NCBI GenBank assembly: GCA_964363345.1
Contig: CAYIHY010000003.1
Span: 1-43,039 of the forward strand
From: Candidatus Woesearchaeota archaeon
GTDB taxonomy: Archaea > Nanobdellota > Nanobdellia > Pacearchaeales > GW2011-AR1
Length of the DNA stretch: 43,039 nt
Direction of reading: 5' to 3'
Numbering within the stretch: the stretch's first letter is position 1; every line of letters starts with the position of its first letter. The translations under genes and the position numbers were made by a program. Shown here in pieces: positions 1-8,004 of the stretch. The notes beneath the pieces are model-generated. The model was not told where the DNA came from, did no database searches, and saw nothing but the letters and a program-made list of their open reading frames with translations.

Positions 1-3
1 TTT

Positions 4-53
4 GATATTTGTGTAAGGAGGGCGGTTTAGTGCGGATTTGTACTAATCACCTA
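4..53. repeat. Left arm of perfect 50-bp inverted repeat bounding the window (partner 42990..43039)
   Basis: GATATTTGTGTAAGGAGGGCGGTTTAGTGCGGATTTGTACTAATCACCTA is the exact reverse complement of the last 50 nt of the window. Identity ends at 53/54. The arm is GC-richer than its surroundings. Confidence 0.9.
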
Positions 54-69
54 GATAATTAATAAACAG

Positions 70-618
70 TTATTCAGAATATAATTTCCGAGCAGTTTGA
101 ATTTCTATCCAATCAGTGTTCATTTCGGTATAGGCCTCTCTTATTAATTTTATATTTTCTTTAAATTGTTCTTTTTTAAATGGATTAATAGTATCACTTA
201 TCATTTCTTCTAATTCGCAGATATGTTCAGAGTAGAGTGTTATCCCCTCAAGGTATAACCCGGACAATATTCCCTCCCGTTCATCTGCAAGGGGGAAATT
301 TTTCTGAAGTATTGCAATCTGAAAATTTATCCTGGCTACATGAATGCTTTCTTCTTTATCTTTTTCCAAAACTCTTTTTCTAAGGTCAGTTATTGCTCTC
401 CATTCTTCCAGCAATGAACTTAATCCTTTGCTAATTTCCCTTTTTTCTTCAGAAGATTCTTTCGTGCCCATTAATTCAGAATAATGAATAAATTCACTCA
501 TATAAAGAATAGATAGTTTATCAAATCCCTCAAAAGCAGGAGAATACTTTTTTCCCAATACCAAATCATATGTAATCTGGTTTAGTTTATCAATTTCTTT
601 CCTGCAACTATCTGTCAT
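70..618 (-). CDS. Hypothetical helical protein (182 aa), sits where rps10 usually follows tuf
   Basis: Long ORF with a TATA-like AATTTATAAG 20-29 nt upstream of the ATG. No motif recognised and no S10 similarity. Confidence 0.6.
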   Translation of the reverse strand: MTDSCRKEIDKLNQITYDLVLGKKYSPAFEGFDKLSILYMSEFIHYSELMGTKESSEEKREISKGLSSLLEEWRAITDLRKRVLEKDKEESIHVARINFQIAILQKNFPLADEREGILSGLYLEGITLYSEHICELEEMISDTINPFKKEQFKENIKLIREAYTEMNTDWIEIQTARKLYSE

Positions 619-671
619 TGAGTTTTCACTAATCTGTAATTTATAAGAATTTATGTAATTAAAAAATTAAT

Positions 672-1958
672 TTACGCTTTTTGCTTTGTAATTTCAACAC
701 ACAAACCTGCTGCAACTGTCTGTCCTGCGTCTCTTACTGCGAATTTTGACATGTAAGGATTATCTTTCTGAGTTTCAAGACATAAATTTCCCTGTGGTTT
801 TATTCTTACTCTTGCAGTGTCACCATTCTTCAAGAAATCTGGACTTGCTTCTGTAACTTCCATTGTTGCAGGGTTAATCTTAGCAATTAATTCAACAAAC
901 TGGCATGGAACTTGAGCTGTGTGAATGTGGAATACTGGTGTGTAACCTTTAGCTAATACTGTTTGGTGATTTATCACTGTAATTATTCCGATAAATTCAT
1001 CTACTACTGGGATTGGTTTAGCTGCATCACAGATAACATCTCCTCTTGCTAAATCTTTCTTTCCAACTCCTCTTACATTTACTCCAACATTATCCCCCGC
1101 TAATGCTTCTTGCATAGCTTCGTGGTGCATTTCAATTGTTTTGATTTCTCCAGCAACTCCTTTTCCTGTTCTTCCGGGTAATACTATAACTTTTTGTCCT
1201 ACTTTCATAATTCCTGTTTCAACTTTTCCAACTGGAACAGTTCCAATTCCTGTAATTTCGTAAACATCCTGAACTGGCATTCTCATTGGAAGATTAGTTG
1301 GTAATTCTGGAGCAGGGAATAAATCTATTTGTTCGATTATTGTTGGTCCTTTATACCATCCCATTTTATCAGATCTCTTAGCAACATTATCTCCTTGCTG
1401 TCCTGAAGCAGCGATGAAACTTGTTTTTTCAACATTAATTCCGACAGTTTTCAATAGAGCAGAAACATCTTCTTTTACTTTGTTGTATTTTGCTTCTTCG
1501 TAACCAACTGAGTCCATTTTATTAATTATAACAGCAATATTTCTTACTCCCATTGTTCTTAATAGCCACAAGTGTTCTTTTGTCTGTGGTTCTACGCCTG
1601 TTGTAGCAGCAACGACAAGGAAAGCAGCGTCGGCCTGTGAGGCTCCTGTGATCATGTTTTTAACGAAGTCTCTGTGACCTGGTGCGTCGATGATTGTAAC
1701 CTGGAATTTCTGAGTCATAATTTTCTTATAAGCTAAATCGATTGTAACTCCTCTTTCTCTTTCTTCTTTAACTCTATCCATAACGTATGCAAATTCGAAA
1801 CCAACTTTTCCCATCTTTTCAGCTTCTTCTCTCAATTTCTTCATTTCCTGTTCAGAAACAATTCCAGAATCGAACATAAGTCTTCCGACTGTAGTTGACT
1901 TTCCAGCGTCAACGTGTCCTACGAAGACAACATTCATATTTGGTTTTTCTTTAGCCAT
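672..1958 (-). CDS. tuf: Translation elongation factor EF-1 alpha
   Basis: 428 aa with GTPase motifs GHVDAGKST, DAPGHRDF and NKMD. Full-length archaeal/eukaryal EF-1alpha architecture. Confidence 0.97.
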   Translation of the reverse strand: MAKEKPNMNVVFVGHVDAGKSTTVGRLMFDSGIVSEQEMKKLREEAEKMGKVGFEFAYVMDRVKEERERGVTIDLAYKKIMTQKFQVTIIDAPGHRDFVKNMITGASQADAAFLVVAATTGVEPQTKEHLWLLRTMGVRNIAVIINKMDSVGYEEAKYNKVKEDVSALLKTVGINVEKTSFIAASGQQGDNVAKRSDKMGWYKGPTIIEQIDLFPAPELPTNLPMRMPVQDVYEITGIGTVPVGKVETGIMKVGQKVIVLPGRTGKGVAGEIKTIEMHHEAMQEALAGDNVGVNVRGVGKKDLARGDVICDAAKPIPVVDEFIGIITVINHQTVLAKGYTPVFHIHTAQVPCQFVELIAKINPATMEVTEASPDFLKNGDTARVRIKPQGNLCLETQKDNPYMSKFAVRDAGQTVAAGLCVEITKQKA

Positions 1959-2030
1959 TTTGATTTGTAAATGGGTAATACAAAATGCTTCTGCATTTTG
2001 CTTTTGCCATAATTGTTAATAAAAAATTAT

Positions 2031-2045
2031 ATTTATAAATGTTTT
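2031..2045 (-). promoter_or_regulatory. BRE/TATA-like element (coding strand AAAACATTTATAAAT), distal promoter candidate for tuf
   Basis: Same ACATTTxTAAA motif as upstream of other genes here. It lies about 75-85 nt upstream of the tuf ATG, implying a ~50-nt leader. Confidence 0.4.
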
Positions 2046-2049
2046 GGTA

Positions 2050-2157
2050 ATGGGTTTTTCTTTTAGAAAAAATAAAGAAGTGAATAAGAAATTCACTTCG
2101 CCAACTTCCTTCGAAAGATTGGAAGAAAAGCTACACTGTAATAAAAAACTAAGATAG
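2050..2157 (+). repeat. Intergenic repeat, long copy (short copy inverted at 17484..17538)
   Basis: ATGGGTTTTTCTTTTAGAAAAA ... GAAAAGCTACACTGTAATAAAAAACTAAGATAG matches the reverse complement of 17484..17538 (22/22 plus 31/33). This copy carries an extra 53 nt (2072..2124) that includes a 9-bp hairpin GAAGTGAAT/ATTCACTTC. Confidence 0.8.
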
Positions 2158-2256
2158 AAAAGAAATTACAATGGTAGAAAAAGGAAAAAAATTAAAATTT
2201 TGATTATTGTCCTCGGGAATAACTATTTTTAAAAATAAGAAATTTATTCTGTATTC

Positions 2257-2550
2257 ATGGGTTTAACTGAAAAAGAAAAATCTGATCACAAAAAAAATGG
2301 ACAGGGATATAAAATATTAATTGAAGCGAATTCTCCCACGATTTCCGTTTTACGACGACATCCCGAATTACGAGAACATCTTGAAGAACTTGAGAAAAAA
2401 CTTTTGGAATCAATGCCGAAAACTCCGAATGGAAAATTTCCATGCGAAGAATGTGGAGTTAAAAGTATGGAATATATTAGGGATAAAGGAAACTTAAGAA
2501 TTTATGAATGCGAAATCTGCGGCAAAAATATTGCAGACAAAATAAAATAA
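2257..2550 (+). CDS. Small zinc-ribbon protein (97 aa)
   Basis: C-terminal CEECG...CEICG (CxxC-x17-CxxC). It is the only plus-strand gene in the first 17 kb. Confidence 0.6.
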   Translation: MGLTEKEKSDHKKNGQGYKILIEANSPTISVLRRHPELREHLEELEKKLLESMPKTPNGKFPCEECGVKSMEYIRDKGNLRIYECEICGKNIADKIK

Positions 2551-2554
2551 TTAT

Positions 2555-3001
2555 TTATTGATTCATCCATCCAATTTCTTTTGCAGTCTCTTCAGAAATA
2601 AAATCTTTCTCTCTTAAATAATATCCTTGTAATGCTTCCTGTTCAATATGGCCGTCAATAAAATAAATATTTTTCATTATATCATTACTCCCCCGATAAT
2701 TATATCCCGAGCTATCTTTATCTCTTGCCCCTAACAAGTGTAAAAATTCATGTTCAAAAATTTGATTATTCGTTGGAGATTTATTAATGATTATAAATGA
2801 TTTTGATCTTGGGCTAGCATATCCTTGAGATTGGTCTTGTGAAGACTCGTTATTGTCAATTATGCTAACAAAAGAATAATTTTTTATTAATCCATAATTT
2901 TTTCTTAGATATTCTGAAAAAGCGGATAGGTTTATATGATATTTTCCTTCTTGTACAAATGAATCTGGTATCCTTATCTGAGTAGGAAAAAGATCTAACA
3001 A
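2555..3001 (-). CDS. Mini-zincin-like metalloprotease domain protein (HEFLHLLGARD), possibly the C-terminal part of a longer gene
   Basis: HExxHxxGxxD motif followed by a candidate Met-turn (NDIMK). Only a TTG start is available. The frame is open and in phase with 3071..3541 across a single TAA. Confidence 0.55.
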   Translation of the reverse strand: MLDLFPTQIRIPDSFVQEGKYHINLSAFSEYLRKNYGLIKNYSFVSIIDNNESSQDQSQGYASPRSKSFIIINKSPTNNQIFEHEFLHLLGARDKDSSGYNYRGSNDIMKNIYFIDGHIEQEALQGYYLREKDFISEETAKEIGWMNQ

Positions 3002-3070
3002 AATATCAATTTTTTTACCATATTTTTCTGCTTCTTTTTTATTCCAATCATTAACTCCCCAATCAAATTT

Positions 3071-3541
3071 TTAACCTTCTTTCAGTTCATTAAATCTTTT
3101 AAGTATTGATGAGTTATCTAAAGGATTATCTTCATAAGCAAAAATGACTAATCCTCGATAATTATTAATTCCTTCTTGGGAGACCACTGACTGAGAAGTG
3201 GCTAATTGGGAGAACCTCTCAGAATTTTCTTTATATAGTAAAGCTGCAAGTCCAATATCAGTTAAAGCTACTACTAACATAGCCGCACCCATAACTGCTA
3301 TCACTCTTGATTTTCCTAATATCTTCCTTTTCGATTGAACCCTTGCAATTTCTTCTTTTATTGCTTCAACTCCTAGTTCTCTTCCTATATCTGTTCCCCT
3401 AAAAAGATTTTTTACATCCTCTGCTGTATAGGAAGGTCCAGAAGGTTTTTTATCCCGATATCTCTTGCTAAGATTTTCTTTTAATTTCCTGAATTGAGAT
3501 TCTGTTAATTTTATTTTTCCTAATTTCTCTTCTAAACTCAT
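3071..3541 (-). CDS. Membrane-anchored hypothetical protein (156 aa)
   Basis: One TM segment (VIAVMGAAMLVVALTDIGLAALLY). TATA-like TTTATAAAAAT 20-30 nt upstream of the ATG. Confidence 0.6.
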   Translation of the reverse strand: MSLEEKLGKIKLTESQFRKLKENLSKRYRDKKPSGPSYTAEDVKNLFRGTDIGRELGVEAIKEEIARVQSKRKILGKSRVIAVMGAAMLVVALTDIGLAALLYKENSERFSQLATSQSVVSQEGINNYRGLVIFAYEDNPLDNSSILKRFNELKEG

Positions 3542-3636
3542 TTTATTTTAATAAAAAAGTATTTTTATAAACTTTGCTATATGTTACTTTTAAGAAATGA
3601 TAACAAAACTATTGATTCTCTTCAATGATTTGATAA

Positions 3637-3888
3637 TTATTGATTAAATAAATTAGAATAATTTGATTCTATATCAGAAATGTTTGTTTTTATTTTTCTA
3701 AGTTCTTCTTTTAAATATTCTACCCCTAACCGATAATTTTCATTGCTTCTACTTAATCTTTCTATTTCTCTTTCATGGTCTAATAGATGTTCTTGGTAAA
3801 TTTCATAAAAATCTTCTGGAGAAATTTCTTTATTTTTTAATTTTGCAAGATTTATTTTACAAAGTTCGAGCAATCCTTCAGTAGCCAT
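3637..3888 (-). CDS. Small coiled-coil hypothetical protein (83 aa from ATG at 3888; ORF track start 3906)
   Basis: The ATG at 3888 forms a TAAAATG junction with the fusA stop. Heptad-like charged sequence. Confidence 0.5.
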   Translation of the reverse strand: MATEGLLELCKINLAKLKNKEISPEDFYEIYQEHLLDHEREIERLSRSNENYRLGVEYLKEELRKIKTNISDIESNYSNLFNQ

Positions 3889-3889
3889 T

Positions 3890-6082
3890 TTATTGATTCT
3901 CAGCAAGTCCTTTTCTTGTTCTAACTTTCTTGATTACTTCTTCTGTTAAAGAACGTGGAACTTTTTCGAACAACTGATCTGCGAGAGATGAAACTCCTCT
4001 TCCTTCTGTTGCAGAACGCAAATCATTACTCCAACCAATCATTTCAGCTACGGGAATCTTTGCTCTTACTTCTGTTCCAGCCCCTTCCTGTTTAACCTCT
4101 AATAATTGTCCTCTCTTGCCTCCAATTAATTTGGTGATTGTACCTAAGAATTTATCAGGAGTTTCTATTACATGAACTTGGACTGGTTCTAATAAACAAG
4201 CATCTCCGTCTTTCATTGCTTCTGTCATTGATTCTCTAACTGCAGGATAAACTTGAGCAGGACCTCTGTGAATAGCGTCTTCGTGAAGTTTAATATCCAT
4301 TAATGAAACTTTCATCTTTGTGCATGGTTCTCTTGCTAATGGACCTTTATCAATAACCATTTCGAAAGCATCCAAAACCATATCTATAACTTCGCCGATG
4401 TGAACTTCTCCTTTTGTTTTATCGAAGAATACATTTCCTTTGTAAATGTCTCTAATTCCTTTTACAGTTTCATTATCCCATTCGGGGAATCTTGAGAATT
4501 TTGTTGCAAGCTCTCCACTTTTTTTCTTGACTCTTCCCTCGGGAATTTCTCCTTCTTTGATTGCCGCGTAGACGTCGTCTTCCAAAGGTTCAACTGAAAT
4601 GAAGAAACTATTATGTTTGTTTGGACTTCTTCCCTCGACGGAATCTGATTCTTTGTTAACTGTTTCCCTGTAAACAACAATCGGAGCAGAAGTTTTTACG
4701 TCGAGACCTTTTTCTGTTCTAATTCTGTTTTCAATAATTTCCAAATGAAGTTCTCCCATTCCTGAAATCAAACTTTCTCCTGTCTGTTCGTTGATTTCAA
4801 CTTTTACCGAAGGATCTTCTTTCGCAACTTGTTTTAAAATTTCTACAAGTTTAGGCAAGTCCATCATTTTTTTTACTTCAATAGATTTTGTAACTACTGG
4901 TTCAAAGATGTGCTTCAATTCTTCGAATGGTGTTTCTGGGCCAACAGTAACTGTTTCTCCTGCTTCTCCTGTAACCCCTGAAATTGCCAATACATTTCCT
5001 GGACCGATTTCATCAATCTGCTCGGGTTTTATTCCGTTGTAAACAAATATCTGCTGAACTTTTTGTTCTTTATTATCGAGATTAAGATGAACATCCATTC
5101 CGTTTTTCAATGTTCCCGAGAATAATCTTCCTGCTGAAATTTCTTTTCCTGAACGGGGATCGATTACAATTCTTGTTATTACGAATGCAACTTTTCCTTT
5201 TGGATTACAAGTCATTAAATCTTTTCCTAATTCGCTGTCTAAATCTCCTTTCCAGATTTTTGGGATTCTGTATTTTTGCGCGTCTAAAGGATTAGGTAAA
5301 TGTTTTACAGCCATATCCAAAAGAACTTCATATAACGGCGCGTGTTTCCAAGTCCATTCTTTTCTGTCAGCGTCGTTCATTTCAACTAATGTGAAAATAT
5401 CTTTGAAAGTGATTCCATTTTTTTTCATGAATGGAACAGACAATGCCCAATTTTCTTTTGCGCTTCCGAATGCAACACTTCCGTCGTTAATATTTACAAG
5501 CCATTTTTCCTTGAATTCTGGCTCTGCAATTTTTGCAATTAAATCATTAAATTCTTTTATTATTCTTACAAATCTTTCCTGCATACTTTCAGGAGTTAAT
5601 TTCATTTCTTTGATTAATCTGTCCACTTTGTTGATGAATAAAACCGGCTGAACTCTTTCTCTTAATGCCTGTTTGATTACTGTTTCTGTTTGGGGCATTA
5701 TTCCTTCAACAGCGCATACTAAAACTATTGTTCCGTCAATAGCTCTCATAGCTCTTGTAACATTTCCTCCGAAATCGACGTGACCAGGAGTATCAATTAA
5801 ATTAATTAAATATTCTTCCCCCTGAAAATCGTGAACCATTGAAACGTTTGCAGCGTCGACGGTCATTAACCTTTCCTGTTCATCTGAGTGCTGCCATGTT
5901 GCCATTCCCTCGTCGAGGTTTCCTGCATTTTTCGCAGCCATATATCCTGATGCGGCTAAAAGATTATCGGTCAATGCAGTTTTTCCGTGGTGAATGTGCG
6001 CGCTTGTAGCTATATTTCTAATATTTTTCTGGCTTGAGCTAAGTCTTTCAATTTTCTGAAATTGTGTTTCTTTTTCTGCCAT
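3890..6082 (-). CDS. fusA: Translation elongation factor EF-2
   Basis: 730 aa with AHIHHGKT, DTPGHVDF, NKVD and the diphthamide-loop HEDAIHRG. Confidence 0.97.
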   Translation of the reverse strand: MAEKETQFQKIERLSSSQKNIRNIATSAHIHHGKTALTDNLLAASGYMAAKNAGNLDEGMATWQHSDEQERLMTVDAANVSMVHDFQGEEYLINLIDTPGHVDFGGNVTRAMRAIDGTIVLVCAVEGIMPQTETVIKQALRERVQPVLFINKVDRLIKEMKLTPESMQERFVRIIKEFNDLIAKIAEPEFKEKWLVNINDGSVAFGSAKENWALSVPFMKKNGITFKDIFTLVEMNDADRKEWTWKHAPLYEVLLDMAVKHLPNPLDAQKYRIPKIWKGDLDSELGKDLMTCNPKGKVAFVITRIVIDPRSGKEISAGRLFSGTLKNGMDVHLNLDNKEQKVQQIFVYNGIKPEQIDEIGPGNVLAISGVTGEAGETVTVGPETPFEELKHIFEPVVTKSIEVKKMMDLPKLVEILKQVAKEDPSVKVEINEQTGESLISGMGELHLEIIENRIRTEKGLDVKTSAPIVVYRETVNKESDSVEGRSPNKHNSFFISVEPLEDDVYAAIKEGEIPEGRVKKKSGELATKFSRFPEWDNETVKGIRDIYKGNVFFDKTKGEVHIGEVIDMVLDAFEMVIDKGPLAREPCTKMKVSLMDIKLHEDAIHRGPAQVYPAVRESMTEAMKDGDACLLEPVQVHVIETPDKFLGTITKLIGGKRGQLLEVKQEGAGTEVRAKIPVAEMIGWSNDLRSATEGRGVSSLADQLFEKVPRSLTEEVIKKVRTRKGLAENQ

Positions 6083-6101
6083 AGTTGTATAATTAGTTTT
6101 A

Positions 6102-6126
6102 AGAAAAATAGTTTTTAAATGTTATC
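6102..6126 (-). promoter_or_regulatory. Promoter (BRE/TATA) of fusA; 25-mer identical to 8005..8029
   Basis: The plus strand reads AGAAAAATAGTTTTTAAATGTTATC. The coding strand contains AACATTTAAAAACTA about 30 nt upstream of the ATG. Confidence 0.6.
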
Positions 6127-6135
6127 TTAGAAATT

Positions 6136-6339
6136 TTAATCTTCTAAGTCAGAAAGGTCCATTATACGAGAATTATGATTTGCTATCTCTCCTAATAGAT
6201 GACTAGTTTTTACGATTGGGGCAAGACAAATCAATTTTTGAAGTCCAACTCTTATATCCCTTGGTAAGTCTATTAATTCATCGTAAATCTTTCTTGCATT
6301 TACTTCCGAGGTTTGTGATTTATTGTATTCTATTGTCAT
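6136..6339 (-). CDS. Hypothetical small protein (67 aa) between rps7 and fusA
   Basis: ORF with its own ACATTTAAAAA promoter-like motif 24-34 nt upstream. Confidence 0.5.
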   Translation of the reverse strand: MTIEYNKSQTSEVNARKIYDELIDLPRDIRVGLQKLICLAPIVKTSHLLGEIANHNSRIMDLSDLED

Positions 6340-6360
6340 GTAAATGCGATTAGAAAATGC

Positions 6361-6372
6361 TTTTTAAATGTT
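6361..6372 (-). promoter_or_regulatory. BRE/TATA-like element upstream of the 67-aa ORF
   Basis: TTTTTAAATGTT on the plus strand, the same core as the fusA and rps12 promoters. Confidence 0.5.
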
Positions 6373-6391
6373 TTTGATTGGGCGTTTAGAA

Positions 6392-7003
6392 TTATCGTGC
6401 GCTATCAGCCTGTTTTTCTGCTTCATTCTTTTTTCTGTATGCAAAACTTTCTCCGTTGCTTTCGGATGCAAGAATTAATTCTTCTGCAAGTCCTTCTGTT
6501 AAATTTTTCTTTTTATTGAATGCTTTATCAGATGCTCCCTGAACAAACCATCTTAAAGTTAAATTGATTCTTCTTATTGGAGAAACATCAACTGCCTGAG
6601 GATAACGAGCTCCCCCATATTCAATGACGGTGATTTCGTCTCTTGGCGCAGAGTTTTCAATTGCCTGAACTAAAACTGCAACTGGATTTTTTCCTGTTCT
6701 TTTTTCTATTAATTTAAATGCTTCAAGAACTATTTTCATATTCTTAGAATATTTTCCTGATGCTTCGCCCTTGGCGATTTTGTGTTTTTTTCCTCTGTGT
6801 CCAGCGACGGCAATTCTGTTCATCAGTCTTTCAATTACATTAACCTTTAATGCCCCGAATTTTTGGACGTTTCTTCCATGAGAATTAAGAACTAATTTTG
6901 ACTGAAGATTTATTACTGATTTCAATCCTGGATCTTTAACTTCAATTTGAGAAATATCATACATATCAAATATTTTAAAGTTGTAATTATTTTCGCTTGG
7001 CAT
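6392..7003 (-). CDS. rps7: 30S ribosomal protein S7 (uS7)
   Basis: 203 aa with archaeal S7/S5e-type sequence. Conserved position after S12 and before EF-2. Confidence 0.93.
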   Translation of the reverse strand: MPSENNYNFKIFDMYDISQIEVKDPGLKSVINLQSKLVLNSHGRNVQKFGALKVNVIERLMNRIAVAGHRGKKHKIAKGEASGKYSKNMKIVLEAFKLIEKRTGKNPVAVLVQAIENSAPRDEITVIEYGGARYPQAVDVSPIRRINLTLRWFVQGASDKAFNKKKNLTEGLAEELILASESNGESFAYRKKNEAEKQADSAR

Positions 7004-7004
7004 T

Positions 7005-7247
7005 TTAAACTATTAAATAATCTCCTCCGATTTCTTTTATTGATAACAATGGAATTTGCTTCTCTCCAATATAATATCCAGTTTTTTTATGCTCATAAGT
7101 ATTTTGGTAAAATGTAAGTATCCCTTCGATTTTTGGAGAAGTAGTTCCGATAACACTTATAACTCTTCCGACTAAATCATTTTGATAAATCTCTTCCCGG
7201 ATTTCTCCCCTCTTCAAAGATTTTTGTGTTTTATTTTTTGATACCAT
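7005..7247 (-). CDS. Hypothetical small protein (80 aa) inserted between rps12 and rps7
   Basis: TAAAATG junctions at both ends. The pattern LVGRVISV...EGILTF loosely recalls a small beta-barrel (Sm/PRC-like), which is speculative. Confidence 0.55.
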   Translation of the reverse strand: MVSKNKTQKSLKRGEIREEIYQNDLVGRVISVIGTTSPKIEGILTFYQNTYEHKKTGYYIGEKQIPLLSIKEIGGDYLIV

Positions 7248-7248
7248 T

Positions 7249-7569
7249 TTAATTTTGTAAAACCTTTTTTATAATTCCTTCATATTTTTTATAATCTTCT
7301 TTTATTGTTTCTTCGGTGAATCCTTCTTTTATAAGTTCTGATTCTGTTACAAAATAAGTATATTTTTTTTCTTGATTATTATCGCTAACATCAATTACTT
7401 CTACATAATCTTCATCTAGATTTACTGATTTAACAACGGCAGGATGGTAATCATTATCTCCACATCTACCAACTATTTCCCAAACAAAACTTCCAATTGT
7501 AATATTTTCAGGTCTTTTTCTTCCTTCCAAATATTTTTTTTCAATTTCTAAAAAATCACTTTTTTTCAT
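7249..7569 (-). CDS. Hypothetical protein (106 aa) inserted between rps12 and rps7
   Basis: TAAAATG junctions at both ends. GSFVWEIVGRCGDNDYHPAVVKSV...YVEVIDV resembles a Tudor/SH3-like barrel, which is speculative. Confidence 0.55.
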   Translation of the reverse strand: MKKSDFLEIEKKYLEGRKRPENITIGSFVWEIVGRCGDNDYHPAVVKSVNLDEDYVEVIDVSDNNQEKKYTYFVTESELIKEGFTEETIKEDYKKYEGIIKKVLQN

Positions 7570-7570
7570 T

Positions 7571-7993
7571 TTATCTTCTACCCTTTTCTATCTTGCCGTG
7601 AACTAATCTTTCCAATGGCTGATCATTTACTTGAATAACTTGGAATCTAACTCCTGGAATATCTCCTTTTGAACGTCCCTGTTTTCCACCGATTCTTTGA
7701 ATTAAAACTTCGTCGTGTTCTTCGATAAATCTTTGAGCGAGATTTCCTGGGATGAATGCAGTTACACTTCTTCCGTTTTTTGTAAGCTGAACTTTGCAGC
7801 ATTTTCTCATCGCTGAGTTTGGCTGTTTTGCTTCTTTCTGAACTTTCTGCAGAACAATTGCTTTTGCCTGATTTGCGCCTTCAAGCGGATCTGCTTTAGC
7901 GTATAAGTTTAGAGTTTTCGCAATATACTTTTTGTCCTGCCATCTCGCATTCTTCCTGTTTTTCATTAATTTTTTAGCGCTCTTTAAACCCAT
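7571..7993 (-). CDS. rps12: 30S ribosomal protein S12 (uS12)
   Basis: 140 aa with KQPNSAMRK and PGVRF motifs. Conserved position after nusA. Confidence 0.95.
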   Translation of the reverse strand: MGLKSAKKLMKNRKNARWQDKKYIAKTLNLYAKADPLEGANQAKAIVLQKVQKEAKQPNSAMRKCCKVQLTKNGRSVTAFIPGNLAQRFIEEHDEVLIQRIGGKQGRSKGDIPGVRFQVIQVNDQPLERLVHGKIEKGRR

Positions 7994-8004
7994 AAAATAT
8001 GTTG

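Noticed and set aside
4-53. Terminal repeat arm as a tRNA, tRNA half or other structured RNA
   Set aside because: An acceptor/D-arm-like start (GGGCGGT..AGTG/TACT) can be drawn. No anticodon stem, T-arm or 3' acceptor strand follows in either copy. The two copies diverge inside what would be the anticodon, and there is no internal hairpin.
2050-2157. 35-codon ORF (MGFSFRKNKEVNKKF...) starting at the ATG that opens the intergenic repeat
   Set aside because: The second copy of the repeat keeps the first 7 codons but terminates after 12 codons. The reading frame is therefore not conserved, and there is no promoter spacing that fits.
3071-3073. Genome-wide reassignment of TAA as a sense codon
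   Set aside because: TAA is the stop of most clearly delimited conserved genes in this window, including rpoH, rpoB, rps12, fusA and thyA. The in-frame TAA at 3071 must be a local event (mutation or readthrough), not an alternative code.
4462-5651. ORF-track entries inside or antisense to fusA (4462..4680, 4791..5042, 5110..5295, 5391..5651)
   Set aside because: They lie fully within the well-supported EF-2 gene. They are low-complexity, F/L/S/I-rich shadow frames typical of AT-rich DNA, with no start context or promoter motif.
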